From positions 455,507 through 519,506 of the forward strand of contig CDRNVI010000014.1 of NCBI GenBank assembly GCA_977017575.1: DNA of 64,000 bases, in the 5' to 3' direction. The stretch comes from Paramoeba atlantica. Taxonomy: Eukaryota; Protista; Discosea. Both the position numbers and the translations under genes were made by a program. A model generated the notes under the pieces. That model saw only the letters and a list, made by a program, of their open reading frames with translations. It was not told where the DNA came from and searched no databases. Below, piece by piece: positions 40,101 to 51,400 of the stretch; within the stretch, counting starts at the first letter, position 1; each line of letters starts with the position of its first letter.

Positions 40101-41929
40101 TGTAGCGCAACAGTGATTCGACGTTGAGGTGTTTCGTGAGGTTCTGGACGTCCTCCATCCTGAGATTCCCGAGGGAGATCTCGTGGAATAGGTAAGTAAT
40201 CGCACCTCTTTTTATGGAATGTGTTCCATACCCGGGGCCGAGAAGTTGATTCATCCTGTGGTCCATCTCCCGGACCGTCGTGTAACACAGGCGTTGGCCT
40301 GGTCTCAAACTTCCCACAAACTGAGCCAGTTCGGGTGTTCCGGGGCCAGTCACTATCGCGTAGAGGTACGGCCGGTAAGGATTCAGACGGGTCGTCTTTG
40401 TCCCCCTGCCCCAATAAATGATTACCTCGTGACTGGCCACACTCACGAACTGCTCCCGCCTCAGGTCGGCGGTCTCGGTCCATCTCGCAGCGGCTTTCCA
40501 ACACAGGAGGCAACACATGCTCTCCTTTACGTTGAGATGACGTCTCAGCTTCTTTAGAAGAAGTGGCGTGATTGGAAGCATCTGCCGCGTGGGTTCTAGC
40601 CCCCCCTGCGCTTGCAGGGCCTTTACGTAGAGACTCAATGGGGTACCTTCGATTCCCATGAGCTCGAATAGAGTCCTCAAAATTATGCGCGGAAGATCTC
40701 AATTTAAGTCTTCCTCACGCCAATTGCTCGGTCCTTTTTCTTTCCGTATTGAAATAAACTGTATCTCAAAAGGTCTTAACAAAAACAAAGGTCTTAACAA
40801 AAGCCCGTGGAGCGCATATATTATATACGCGCCGATTACTATCAAATGTTCACATTCTAATAAACTAATATCCCTTTCTTTTCTTAAGAAGTATTTGAGA
40901 TGACAAGCTTAAAAACTTGTCTCAGTGTATTGGTCGTGAGCTAGAAACTGGCGGAGTTGAGCGTGGAGGATACTTCCTGCCTGTTCCTGGTGGAGTAGCG
41001 TAAATGTTTCCATTACGCTGTGTCTCTCTAGCCCGCAACGGTCCGCAATAGCCCACAGGAGATTCCGAGTGGCGTTGTGCATGGAACCGCAGGACAGAAC
41101 AGGGATACATTCAAAGCATTCCTTGTTTATCATGCCACTGTCAACATAGCGTACTCGCTTGCGCTTTATCGCTTCGTTCATGAGGAATGTCGTATTGTGT
41201 TTGATATTCGAGGGAGCCAGTTCGTGAACTACTGTGAGGTCGTAGTATTTCTCTCCTGAAGCCCATTGAATTGCGAGGTCGGGGCCCGTGCGACGCAGAG
41301 TACTTCCAACACATGTCCTGGTATGTTCCGTTTTGTTTTCAGGGTGGATCGTGGCTGCGCACGCAGAGCACTCATAGTAACTGAACTGACGAGGTTCACC
41401 TCAATGCCCCTGCGTACCCCATGCGCGTTGAGGTAGCGAGAGGCAGAGTCTCGAGGAAGAGCACCGCGTTTGCAGGATTCGCGGTGATTCCCTTCGCCTG
41501 GCAGTACTCGCGCAGGCGGAACCATAATCGCTCCCTTGTGGCCCACGTGGCCGTCGCCCACATGGGCTGGAGCGCCTCGCTCATCTGAGTGGCGCGGGGA
41601 TCTTCGGGGTGCATCTGGAGAATGGCCCCCAGTAATTCTTGGCGGCGCTTCCCGGGCGGCCGTAGAGTGGCGGCGGCGGTTGCGGCGGCGGCGGTTGCGG
41701 CGGCAGCGGTTGCGGCGGGAACGGAGAGCCGGGGTAGAGGGCGAGCCGGGAGGGAGAGACTGCGACGACGGAGACGTATCGGGGAGAACTGACGCGGAGG
41801 AGGAGTATTGCCACGCATGCGTGGCCGTCTTTCTCGTCGGCGGAGGAGCGGGGAGGGAATGGGGGTAGTAAATTCCACCCGTCGTCGCCTGGGACGACGG
41901 GCACGAGCAATAATTGGGGTGGGGAGCAT
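40030..41929 (-). pseudogene. Tyrosine recombinase ORF interrupted by a 724-bp CRE fragment
   Basis: N-part ..YAGALR (to 41405) continues as TLFELMG (40674 onward); catalytic AARWTE, KTT, HSIKRG, H..VESLLRY. Confidence 0.88.
40681..41404 (-). mobile_element. Family E RLE 3' fragment inserted in the YR gene, flanked by a TTGAGG direct repeat
   Basis: EPRQF..CSAC..HTRTC..GPDL..YYDLTVVHELAPS; cctcaa at 40675-40680 and 41399-41404. Confidence 0.85.
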
Positions 41930-41932
41930 TTC

Positions 41933-43333
41933 CTAGTGGAAAGCCCGCGATGCGCCGTAACGGTTGGCGCCGCCCACCACCCCGCCTCGAAAATCCTGTT
42001 GCGGGGCGCGTGTGGTACGGAACTGCCCCCCCTGTTGTTGAGATGTTTGCGGGCAATTCGATCGGAGGTGGCCTGGCTGATGACAGGCAAAACAAAACGG
42101 TCCCTGGCTGCGTCGTCGAGGGGCACGCTGCGCAGTCCGGCCCCTCAGTTGCTCGTCGACCACAAGCTGACCGTAGCGGTCCTGAGGGTCGTCGTCACGG
42201 TGCAACCGCTGTTGCACACGTTCGACTGCAACACCCGCCGCAGCCCAATAATGGTTGCGAAGCTCTTCGATGATGAGAAGGGCTACGGCGAGGTTGTGCT
42301 TCTCTAGCCAACCCTCTGTGTTGCGCGCAGCGTAAACCCATTCAGTCAACATTTTGAACAGGCGCTCGCGCTGCGGCGGAGGGTTGAAGCGTACCCCAAG
42401 CTGCGGAGCTTCGCGCAGCTCACGGATGAGTTCACGTGGCTTGAACAAATCATCCGTGTCGATCCACGGTTGCCAAGTAACCGGATCGTAGGGGGAGAAG
42501 CTTTTCGGGTCCGTAACACGGACGCGTTCAAACGCCGGAATCAAATCTTCAACTGGTTTCCCACCCGGCATCTGCGCCCGAACATGGGCAAGGTCCAAGG
42601 AGTGGTAGTTGATATCGGGATGGGGAAAACGGTAGGCTGTATTCACGTCCCCATCCCATTCTGTGAACAACTCAGTTGATTCAGGGTCATTGGGATGCGT
42701 CATATGCACCCGCCCTATAGCCGTCTGCCGTAGGCCATCTCGGGGAAGAGACCATACAGCTTCGACGGTGACCTCATACCGTTTGCGCAGAAGGTCAATC
42801 ACTTTCATGACAAACTCTTCTTTGCCCTGGATGGTCATGATTCCTCGGGCATCAAGGCGTGAACGCTGGGGCACCTCGGCGTGGTCAATGTCGAGGGCAT
42901 CGTATCGACGAGGCGAGCGAGAAGCCTCAACCTGGTCAGGGTTGAGGGTCCCCTTGCGACGAATTGGGGCCTCCGGAGCGTCGAGCGGAATAGGGTAGGG
43001 ACTGGTAAACGAGCTCGTGGGGAGACTCGGGAGATTACTTGGGAGCGGGCTTGGTGGTTCACGGGCCGGGCTCAAAGCTCTGCCAGATGGACGTATCTTC
43101 CGTCGCGCTGGGCCTGGGGTAGGGGGAACATGAGTGGGTTTCGCGGGTACCTGCGGAGCTGGCTGCGTCGGGAGAGAGGGAAGAGGGGGCCGTACGGGAG
43201 GACACGAGAGGGACTGGCGCTTGGAACGCGAAAATGACGAAGTTTCGATCGGTGTCGGGGCGCGGTCTCTTTTTGGAGAGCGATCACGATCCTGGCTTGG
43301 CTCGTGAGGAGCCCGCAAACGTTGGGATCTCAT
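41933..43333 (-). CDS. gag: Gag-like ORF with C-terminal CCHC zinc knuckle
   Basis: CFACHQPGHLRSNC; Pro/Arg-rich N-terminus; ATG immediately follows repeat A. Confidence 0.85.
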   Translation of the reverse strand: MRSQRLRAPHEPSQDRDRSPKRDRAPTPIETSSFSRSKRQSLSCPPVRPPLPSLPTQPAPQVPAKPTHVPPTPGPARRKIRPSGRALSPAREPPSPLPSNLPSLPTSSFTSPYPIPLDAPEAPIRRKGTLNPDQVEASRSPRRYDALDIDHAEVPQRSRLDARGIMTIQGKEEFVMKVIDLLRKRYEVTVEAVWSLPRDGLRQTAIGRVHMTHPNDPESTELFTEWDGDVNTAYRFPHPDINYHSLDLAHVRAQMPGGKPVEDLIPAFERVRVTDPKSFSPYDPVTWQPWIDTDDLFKPRELIRELREAPQLGVRFNPPPQRERLFKMLTEWVYAARNTEGWLEKHNLAVALLIIEELRNHYWAAAGVAVERVQQRLHRDDDPQDRYGQLVVDEQLRGRTAQRAPRRRSQGPFCFACHQPGHLRSNCPQTSQQQGGQFRTTRAPQQDFRGGVVGGANRYGASRAFH

Positions 43334-43514
43334 CACAAAAACTTTTGAAACGTAAGTAGAAAAAATAGCCTACCAAGAATATAAGAATGAATAATGAAAT
43401 TACAACACTATTTGAAACAAATCATAATTTGAAGAAATTATGTGCCCCGAAGGGCCAAGCAGGCATAAACAACTCCCTGCCCCGCGGCTAAATTTCCAAA
43501 CGTGGACTATTAGA

Positions 43515-44201
43515 GACCGCTGGGGGATCCATGCTCGGATTCGTCACGAGCGTTATCGGTGCATTGAAATCCCCCATGACCAATAAAGGTCTTCGTTTCC
43601 GTTCAGCCTTGACCTCACGACGCGCCTTGTCCAAGTCACCCAGAAATGCCGCATGAACGGCTTCTGAGGAGTCCCGTATTGGGGCATAGACATTGAACAA
43701 AGTGCTGGTCCCCTCCTCCAGGGGATACTCAGCTCCCATCACCCTGTTGCTCACCATCCAAACCTTCCGAAACGCATGCCGGCTCACTATGGCCATGCCA
43801 TTATATGAATCGCGTGCGGCGGCCGACTGCAAATACAGGTGAAACCTCTCCACTAGGTTTTCAACCTGCCTGTAGAGGATTCCATCCTCATGTCCTTCCT
43901 TCGAGAAATTGTATCTGGTCTCCTGAAGGCACATGACACCAACCCCCCTTACCTGCATGAAAGCAAGCACCTCGTTCAAACGGGTGCATCTTCGAAGAGA
44001 GAATTCATCTTCCCCCTCGAGTTTTAACGTCGTAAAGTTAAGCGTTGCAACGGTGGTGCTCTCCTTCACAGCGGAACCTTTGAGGTTCTCCGAATCTCGT
44101 TGGGCGTGTGTGCCACGCGACGCCCAGTGTGACCGAGGGCGGTGACGGGAGCTCCTTCGTTTCGCCTTTGCCGGGTTACTCACCTGCACCGCGCAGAGCA
44201 C
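43515..44201 (-). pseudogene. APE endonuclease domain, N-terminal half of a LINE
   Basis: TLNF, CLQET, NVYAP, VMGDFNA. Confidence 0.88.
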
Positions 44202-44907
44202 GACACCTGTATTCGGTAAGGGGGGGAACCCCCTTTTTGTTTATCCTAACTGGGTCGCCACTGCCACGGCATATCCTTTTGGCTGCGTCAGAAGGGGAAG
44301 ATGAGGTCAGGAGCCCGGCATTGGACCGTTGCCGGTGATGGGGCGTGGCGACCCCAGCCTTCCGACGTAAGGGTTTCCGAGCTGGCAGGAGGGAATGTGT
44401 CCGTTCCTATTCCTGTTCAACCCTTGTTCGCGGCGTCGTTAACCGCGTTCCGGGGCATAGACGGGGTAGCATCCCGTCGCCGAGGCATGTATGTCGTTAG
44501 CGAGCGCGCTAACCCTACCCCCTCGGTGGAGGTGGAACGGCATTGGTGCTAGCTGAGGTTTTATCCCTCCCCATCTCCCGGAGAAGCGAAGGGACTAGAT
44601 CCTTTTTTCTAGGCTAGGTCCTTCGTTTCTCCACGCTAGGAGCGCTCCTGGACTAACAATCCGGAGCAGTGGAGTTTTTAGCGAGTGAGCTACCAGAGTC
44701 TCTGACGCAATCCGAGATTCAACAAAACTCTGGTAAGCAAGTCTCGCACTACCCTGTAATGGGGTGTCTCCCCTGAGGTGCGTGGGTGGAAACACCCATT
44801 CATCTTGCCACTGGAAGGTGGCCAGCTCACTCGACCAAGAAAAGCCTGCCGGTTGGACACCGGGTGGCGGTCGAGGCGGTTGAGGCAAAGATTTTCTCCA
44901 TGTACGA

Positions 44908-44939
<32 letters not shown>

Positions 44940-45317
44940 GGAAGGGGAGAGTCGTGTGCGGCCTCGCCACGTACCGAACACGAAATGTACCGGCCAAAGG
45001 TTCACCTCGAGTTACCGAGGATCCCCCCTGAGTATGCCAGCCTACGCTTTTCAGATAAGCCGGCCCCTCACACACGACCTCGCCCTCCCAAACAAAGTGT
45101 CGCAACAGTTGTCGTGTCTCCACGCGACGCGAAGATGAGCCCCAACGCGGACAAACTTACAGAGCGCCCGCACCGCCCTCTGGCGGAGTTTAGCAGGCCC
45201 CTCTCGCTCGGGTGAACGAAAGATGACCCCCCGACCACGCTTGGTCCGTGTAAGTGTTTCAAAAACCTCTGTCCCCTTACACGTGCCGGAAGCATCCGCC
45301 ATGTTTTTATAAATAGA

Positions 45318-45472
45318 TTACAAAAAACGATGGTCTTACAAAAAACGATGGTCTTACAAAAAACGATGGTCTTACAAAAAACGATGGTCTTACAAAAAAC
45401 GATGGTCTTACAAAAAACGATGGTCTTACAAAAAACGATGGTCTTACAAAAAACGATGGTCTTACAAAAAAC
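45318..45472 (+). repeat. 18-bp tandem array (tcttacaaaaaacgatgg) ~8.5 copies
   Basis: Direct reading; lies at the broken 3' end of a family E element. Confidence 0.95.
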
Positions 45473-48050
45473 GGGGCATTATTGCCAACGTGAAAAGTCG
45501 CGAAGGAATGAATTTGGCGCAAGCGGTGAGCCAATTGTAATTCCCTTTCGCACTGGCCACACGAATGATATCAGCCTGACCCTTGTCTTTCATCAAAGAC
45601 TCGCGCACTGCATTGTGGTGGACTTCTTCCGTAACCGCTTCATCAGTGAGAGGTCGTTGGCTGGAGAGCGAGTTCAGCGCTGGCAAATCCATTAGAGTAG
45701 CGGGAGCTGAAAGATGAATTGGTCGCTCCATAGCTTCTCGTTTGGATTTGAAGAACGCTGCTTCGCGAATCGGTTCAGTTGGGGTGAGCCCGAGTCCTCC
45801 TTTCTTCAGTGGTAGCCTCATCCATGATATTTGGTCTTCGTTGAGGTTCCCGAACCATGAACATAGCGTGTTTGCCACCTGGGAATCAAACTGCCGACTG
45901 AGTTCCAAAGACGCATCAGGATGATGCACGCGTATGTCGTACCTGTGACGCATATTCACGCAGTGCGATAGTAAAACGATAGAGACGTTGCTGACCCCCA
46001 TGTGCTGTAGGCGCCGGAAAGCTGCTTGATGCTTCACAACTTTTCGGACTAATTTTTCGCTAACGCTTTCTTTCTCTCCGACGAAGGCCCCCAAAATTTT
46101 GGTAGCCCGGCTTTCGGATAAAACTCCCGCCTCCTGCAAGACGTGCGGAATGGGGATTCTTTCGATGCCTTCAAACCAGACGCATTTTGTTGGGGATAAT
46201 TCCACTAGCTTAGCAGTCAATAAAACTCGAAGACGGTTGTAAGCGTTGGCAATTAGCTCTGAGTCCTTTGATGCGAAGCTGATGTCGTCGATGTAGGCGT
46301 ATATGCGAAGTGCCGGGAATTCTGAAGCAACGATCTCTAAAATTGGTTGCATAAACGCGCAGAACATAATCGTGGACAACGGCGACCCCTGCCTCACCCC
46401 GGCTGAACTTTTCAAGGTGGCTCCAAGATTGCCGTTGCTCCCGTAATAAAGAAGTTCTGATGGACTGGAGTATTCGGCATTAAAGAGACGCTGAAAGGGG
46501 CGGAGACCGTGGAATCCGAACACGGCTCTTGCAATTTCATCCCTGGCTGGTGAATTGAAGGCGTTTCTGAGATCAATAGCCAGAATGGCGCATCCCTCTG
46601 TGTATTTCTCGTTAAGCTTATGCACGACATGCTCGCAGCCAGACTTTATCATAACACCAAACTGATAAGGCGCAAAGAGCGGGACAAGCTGTTTCTCGTG
46701 CCGCTGCAGAAGGACGATTTCGGCAAGCTTCAACCAGACCTCCCCCACAGCGATTGGACGAATTCCGTTTCCAGGTTTGGGAATCACTACAAGTCGCGCT
46801 CTCTTCACGCGTTTCATTACTTCTTCAGACAGTGATCCATTAATCAGGTCGGTAATCATGTGACACAAACTTAACGAGCACACCTCGTCGTCTAACAGGA
46901 TGCGCAAAATTGAATCCGTTGTGCCTGTTGGTCCTGGCGCCGCCCCTTTGGCCATGCGTCTTCCGGCCTCCCGAAGCTCGACAGGCGTAATACACGCTGT
47001 CATCGGAGCATCTTGCGGGAGGCGAAATGTGGTGGGGAGATCTGGATGCAAAGCACGAAGTTTTTCAATGGTTTCCGAGTCGCTGAGTGTTCGTGGTGTA
47101 ATTTCCTGGTTAATAACTCGGGACGCTTTGGAAACACACCCGTCTAATGTCAGACTAGTTGCTTTCTTGATGGCCCGTTTGTCATCTATAAGACGTGGTC
47201 CGTTGGCGGTGGAGGTGTGTCCGTTTTGAGATTCGCCGTCTTGCAATGACGAAAAATCGCGCGGGCGACGTCGACGTCGTTTCGCCGTTGCCTTCCGAAT
47301 TGTGGCAAGAGAATATTTCATGGCTGATAACGTTCGATGCCATATGCGGTTCCTTTGTGGGTATGGGGATTCTGCGTAATCTCGAACGATGTCTCGGTAA
47401 ATTGCAACTACGCAAGGAATGAATTCCGGTGCAACTGATCGCAGAGTAGGCATGGGCTCAAGATCTAGGTCGTTTTCTGTGTGTTGATAATTAACGCGAA
47501 GCTCCCGGTTAATTCTTTCTTCAGACCGGCAGCTTTTTATACTTCCAGGATCACTTTCCTGATGTGTGTTATTTTCCCACACGATCTTAAAGACGCGAAC
47601 GTTTGCTTGCGGGGGAATATGACCAGTGAAGGTTGTTCCGATCTTGTGTCCCACAATCCCCACATACTCCATGGTCCATTTGTTCAAGTGCTTTCTTTTC
47701 TGCGACGCTTTAACGATTCCTTGTGATATGTTGAGGCTTGTCGAACAATCAAAGCTCCAAGCCAAAATGCATCGGTCTCCCACTTTTGTGTGAAGGGTTG
47801 CGTCGTACAGCTCGTCTGGAGGGATAGGAAAATGAACCTTGGGGTCGATATGACGGAATTGTGACGCGACTCTTGGAAAGTCTGGCGTTTCACTGAAAAA
47901 CTGATGTACTGGATCTTCGACAAGGTTGGTATTTGCGTTGTCTCCAGAGTCGGAAAGTATATGTATTGGCGATTCGCAGTCCAGGAACTCGGATGCGATG
48001 GGAACCGGGGATGGAAGAGATCCCGGCACGATTCTAGCGTCGTTCCTTTC
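45462..48050 (-). mobile_element. Family E element, truncated before the RLE
   Basis: EFLDCESP, Tudor-like block, GVRQGSPLSTIMF, AYIDDI; close relative of 4990-7683. Confidence 0.88.
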
Positions 48051-48448
48051 CACGGTATTTTTTTTTTTAGTAAACAAAAGAAGTTTAAGAAACATAGTTT
48101 AGACCCCTTTCGGGGCAACAAAAGAAACGGCAAAAAACGCTTCTTCCTCAGCAGGAAGAAGGAAACTTCCTGTCTCTTCAGTTTGCCGGAGCGTAAATGG
48201 GTTATCCATGCTCATCAACAAACCTCCGAGACAAGAAGTCTCACTTTCCTCTGCTTCAGAGTACACAATCTCATCACTTATCCATTGAAAGCATTCCGCA
48301 ACACTCTCCATCTTTTTTTTTTTTTTTTTTTAAGAACACACTTTTGTCATTTTTTTCGCCAAGTTGAATTTTTTTTTTTTGCTGGCCGACGGGGAGGAGA
48401 TTCACTACCCGTGTACTACCTCACTTGGGGTACCTAGCCCTCGCGGGC

Positions 48449-51400
48449 TTTTTTTTTTTTTTTTTTTTTATAAAACGCGGCATTGCCTCTATATTTTTAC
48501 TCAGTAGACGAACCAAGTTGGTCCATTGGGGGGGGTATATGATTTGTAAACAAGCACTAAAATTAGCAATTTCACATTTTTTTTTTTTTAAAGTTAGGCT
48601 CAAAATAGAAACAAGCAACTGTACGAAAAGTAAAAGAATGTTCAACCGAGCAAACGGCCCAAAAAACAGCAAATAAGAACCCGTTCCAACCCCCAAAAAA
48701 AAACCTTCCCCAAAAAACGAATACCCAAAGCCCCAAAAAGAAACCACCCGAGAAAACCAGCAAATAGAAACGAGGTCTTGACACCGACTCCTTCACTTTC
48801 CTACTGAGCTCCTACTCCTCTTTTCCGTAACCTAAGAGCACTGTGTCAGGGGCCGCCGCTGGGGATCGTAATACAAGCATGCGAGCTTGCGACCTCATGA
48901 GGGTAATGTTGAGAGATGAAAGGAGGTGATGCAAGGCATCGCTTTTAGGGAGGGTATCCCCTGAGTTCGCCGACTTTCTAGTTGAAATTTCCCTAAGAAC
49001 CGCCATGGCGCTGGGACTCCAGGCGCCATAGGACTCTACTACCATTGCCGCGAACTTGTACCCAGCCGTGTTAGCCTCTTCCCGTTGTCTTCTCTTGTTT
49101 TCGGTAGCATAGCGCTCCGCAAATGACCCGGCCGTCACCCCGTTAGCGTCACGGACTGAGTCCGTATATTTTTGTTGCTGTACATGGGTGACGGCAAAGT
49201 CAAGCACAAGACCCTCGCCAAGCCCGAAATTTTTAATGAAGACATCACCAGGCCTGGTGAGGGCGCCCCCGGGCCCCTTGTTTCCCAAGCTCATTTCCCT
49301 CTGGGTAGTGAACCCAGCCTTAGAACATTCAGAAGAAAATTCTGCGGCCAGGGCATTATGCCGCGAGGTGATACCATGTCCACTTTTGCAAGCCAATGCG
49401 TGATCGCCCTCAGGACCCAACGGTTGGGTGCACTTCTCCATGGGACAAGATCGGGGACCCGGATATATTTGCTCCCCTAGCCACCAACGTACCAGAGTCC
49501 GAAACTCGGTTGGGGTATAAGCGTGGCCGTTCTTTTTCGACGGCAATACAAAAGCCCATTCTGCTGCTCCGTGCCCCGTTTCCGAAATCCATCGAGTCCT
49601 CGTACGTGGGTCAGCGAGGGAGAGTGCTTGATGAAACTCGTGAGATGAGATTGCATCGCTTAGATCTCGTTGCCGAGGGATTACTGATTCGGTACTGGAT
49701 TCTGTAATGCCACGTTTACTGAAAGGCGGAGTGGATGACAAGGCGAAACCTTTCAGTATTCTCCCTGATTGAATGTCTACGATGTCTTTCCCCACCCTTT
49801 TATTGACATCGCTTACGGCTTCTTCGAAACCTTCTGCCTCCGTGGGGTCCCAGCGATCTAGCTCCGATGCAAATGCGACAGAGGCGATATAGGCTGAAGT
49901 AGAGTGCTCTTCCGCGGAACGGAGTCCTAACCCGCCAAATCGCTTGTTTCGTTGTGTTTGACGGCGGGCCTCGGGGGTCAGCGGACGGAAAAAGTTCTCT
50001 ACCGCGCGTTGCACGGCGTCGTCCAAGCGCCGACAGAGATCCCGAAGTTCAGATGTTGGGGTTGTTCGTAGGGAGTAAACCATCTGGCAGAAGCCAGTGC
50101 AGTGACGAATGAGGGATAAGGCAACCTGGGGGTCTTCGAGGTGCGTTATAGCGTCCAGAGAATCTTCTGCCATTTCGACTGCATTGTTGACGAGATATTC
50201 ACGACAAAACTCTGGCGATCCAACGGGGCTTCCCAGAATGTAAAAATTGCCTTAGAGGTTTTTGTTAGGGCCAGGGAGATCGGGAAAAACAGAAGAACGA
50301 TGAGAAGATGCTGGGTGGGTAATAATCTCACATTTTGCAGCGTTGAGGTGTAGGCCCCATTGTGGACCCTTCATTTCGATAACGTCGAACGCGTGTCGCA
50401 CATCACAGGAAGTGCCAGCCAAAACGCCATCATCCAGGTACCAGAGGTTTAGGTCTAATTTGGGGGCTGCTGCGTGAATTTCTGAGGCGACTTCCCTCAT
50501 GACTAACGAGAAAAGAAGAGGGCCCAAAGGGTCCCCTTGCTGGACACCCTCACGAGATTTAATAACGCGTGTTCCAAAGGTAAGCTTACTTTCCGAAGTG
50601 TAGCACCATTCGACGTAAGGAGTAAGCGTGGGGAAATGCTCGCGTGTTAGTGCTATGAACCAGTCCCTTGAAACTTGGTTGAAGGCATTACGTAGGTCGA
50701 TTTTACAGAGAACAAAGTCGTCATCTTCCGTGCGAGCAGCAAAGGCCTGGCGACACAGATGTATAACTCGCTCGGCCCCGGCGGGCGTGGCTACCCCGTA
50801 CTGGTGGCCTTTGAAAATTTTGCGGGCTCGCGCTTTTACTGATAGGCAGGCCACTTTACTCACCAGACGGCGGAGCGTTTCTCCAGCGGCTATTGGGCGC
50901 ACGTCGTGTTCTCCCTTTTCCAAAGCACATAGCCTTCCTCCGGCAAAGTGGTCTTGAACGTCGAGTGGTAACTTCCCAGCGAGCATATGGTTGGTGAAAT
51001 TTGTGAGCGTGCCCAGTGGATTTGTGTGCCCGTCATTGTGATATTGCATTGCCGCTTGCACGTGTTCTGGGCGGAGGCAAAGTGCGCCACCTGATGATCC
51101 TCTGTGGAAGGTTGAGAGCGCAGCTGCGACTTCTTCCTCGGTGACTTTGAGCGGTTCTGTTTCCGGAGTTAAGCTGGGGGATGTTGTGGATGCGGAGATT
51201 CGTGGGGGGTGTTTGGCCTGAAGTTTGGCGTACGTGTTGTCGTCGTCTGGTGCTAGCGGCGAAGAAGTCAGTGCGGTCATGGCGCGAGAAAGTTCTCCGT
51301 CGCGGGCCAGTCGCTCCGCGCGAAGACACGCTTTCTTCTCCTCGTCTTCTAGGCTTGTTGCTTGCGCAGCACGTTTCTTACGATTCAAAGTCTTACATGT

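Larger units (their letters stand above)
36707..43514 (-). mobile_element. Tyrosine-recombinase (DIRS-order; VIPER/Ngaro-like) retrotransposon with split direct repeats
   Basis: Sense order A(43514-43334)-gag-YR-RT/RH-B(37354-37135)-A(37134-36954)-B(36929-36710); AGA core at both ends and at the internal B/A junction. Confidence 0.93.

Noticed and set aside
41229-42095. Numerous 60-290-aa antisense or alternate-frame ORFs over GC-rich element sequence
   Set aside because: They are low-complexity shadows of real ORFs with no recognisable motifs.
50252-50254. Stop-codon reassignment suggested by single in-frame stops in three family A copies (31563 TGA, 33247 TAA, 50252 TAA)
   Set aside because: The stops align to different residues (Cys, Thr, Asp/Arg), and other ORFs end normally at stop codons. 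Ordinary nonsense mutations explain them.
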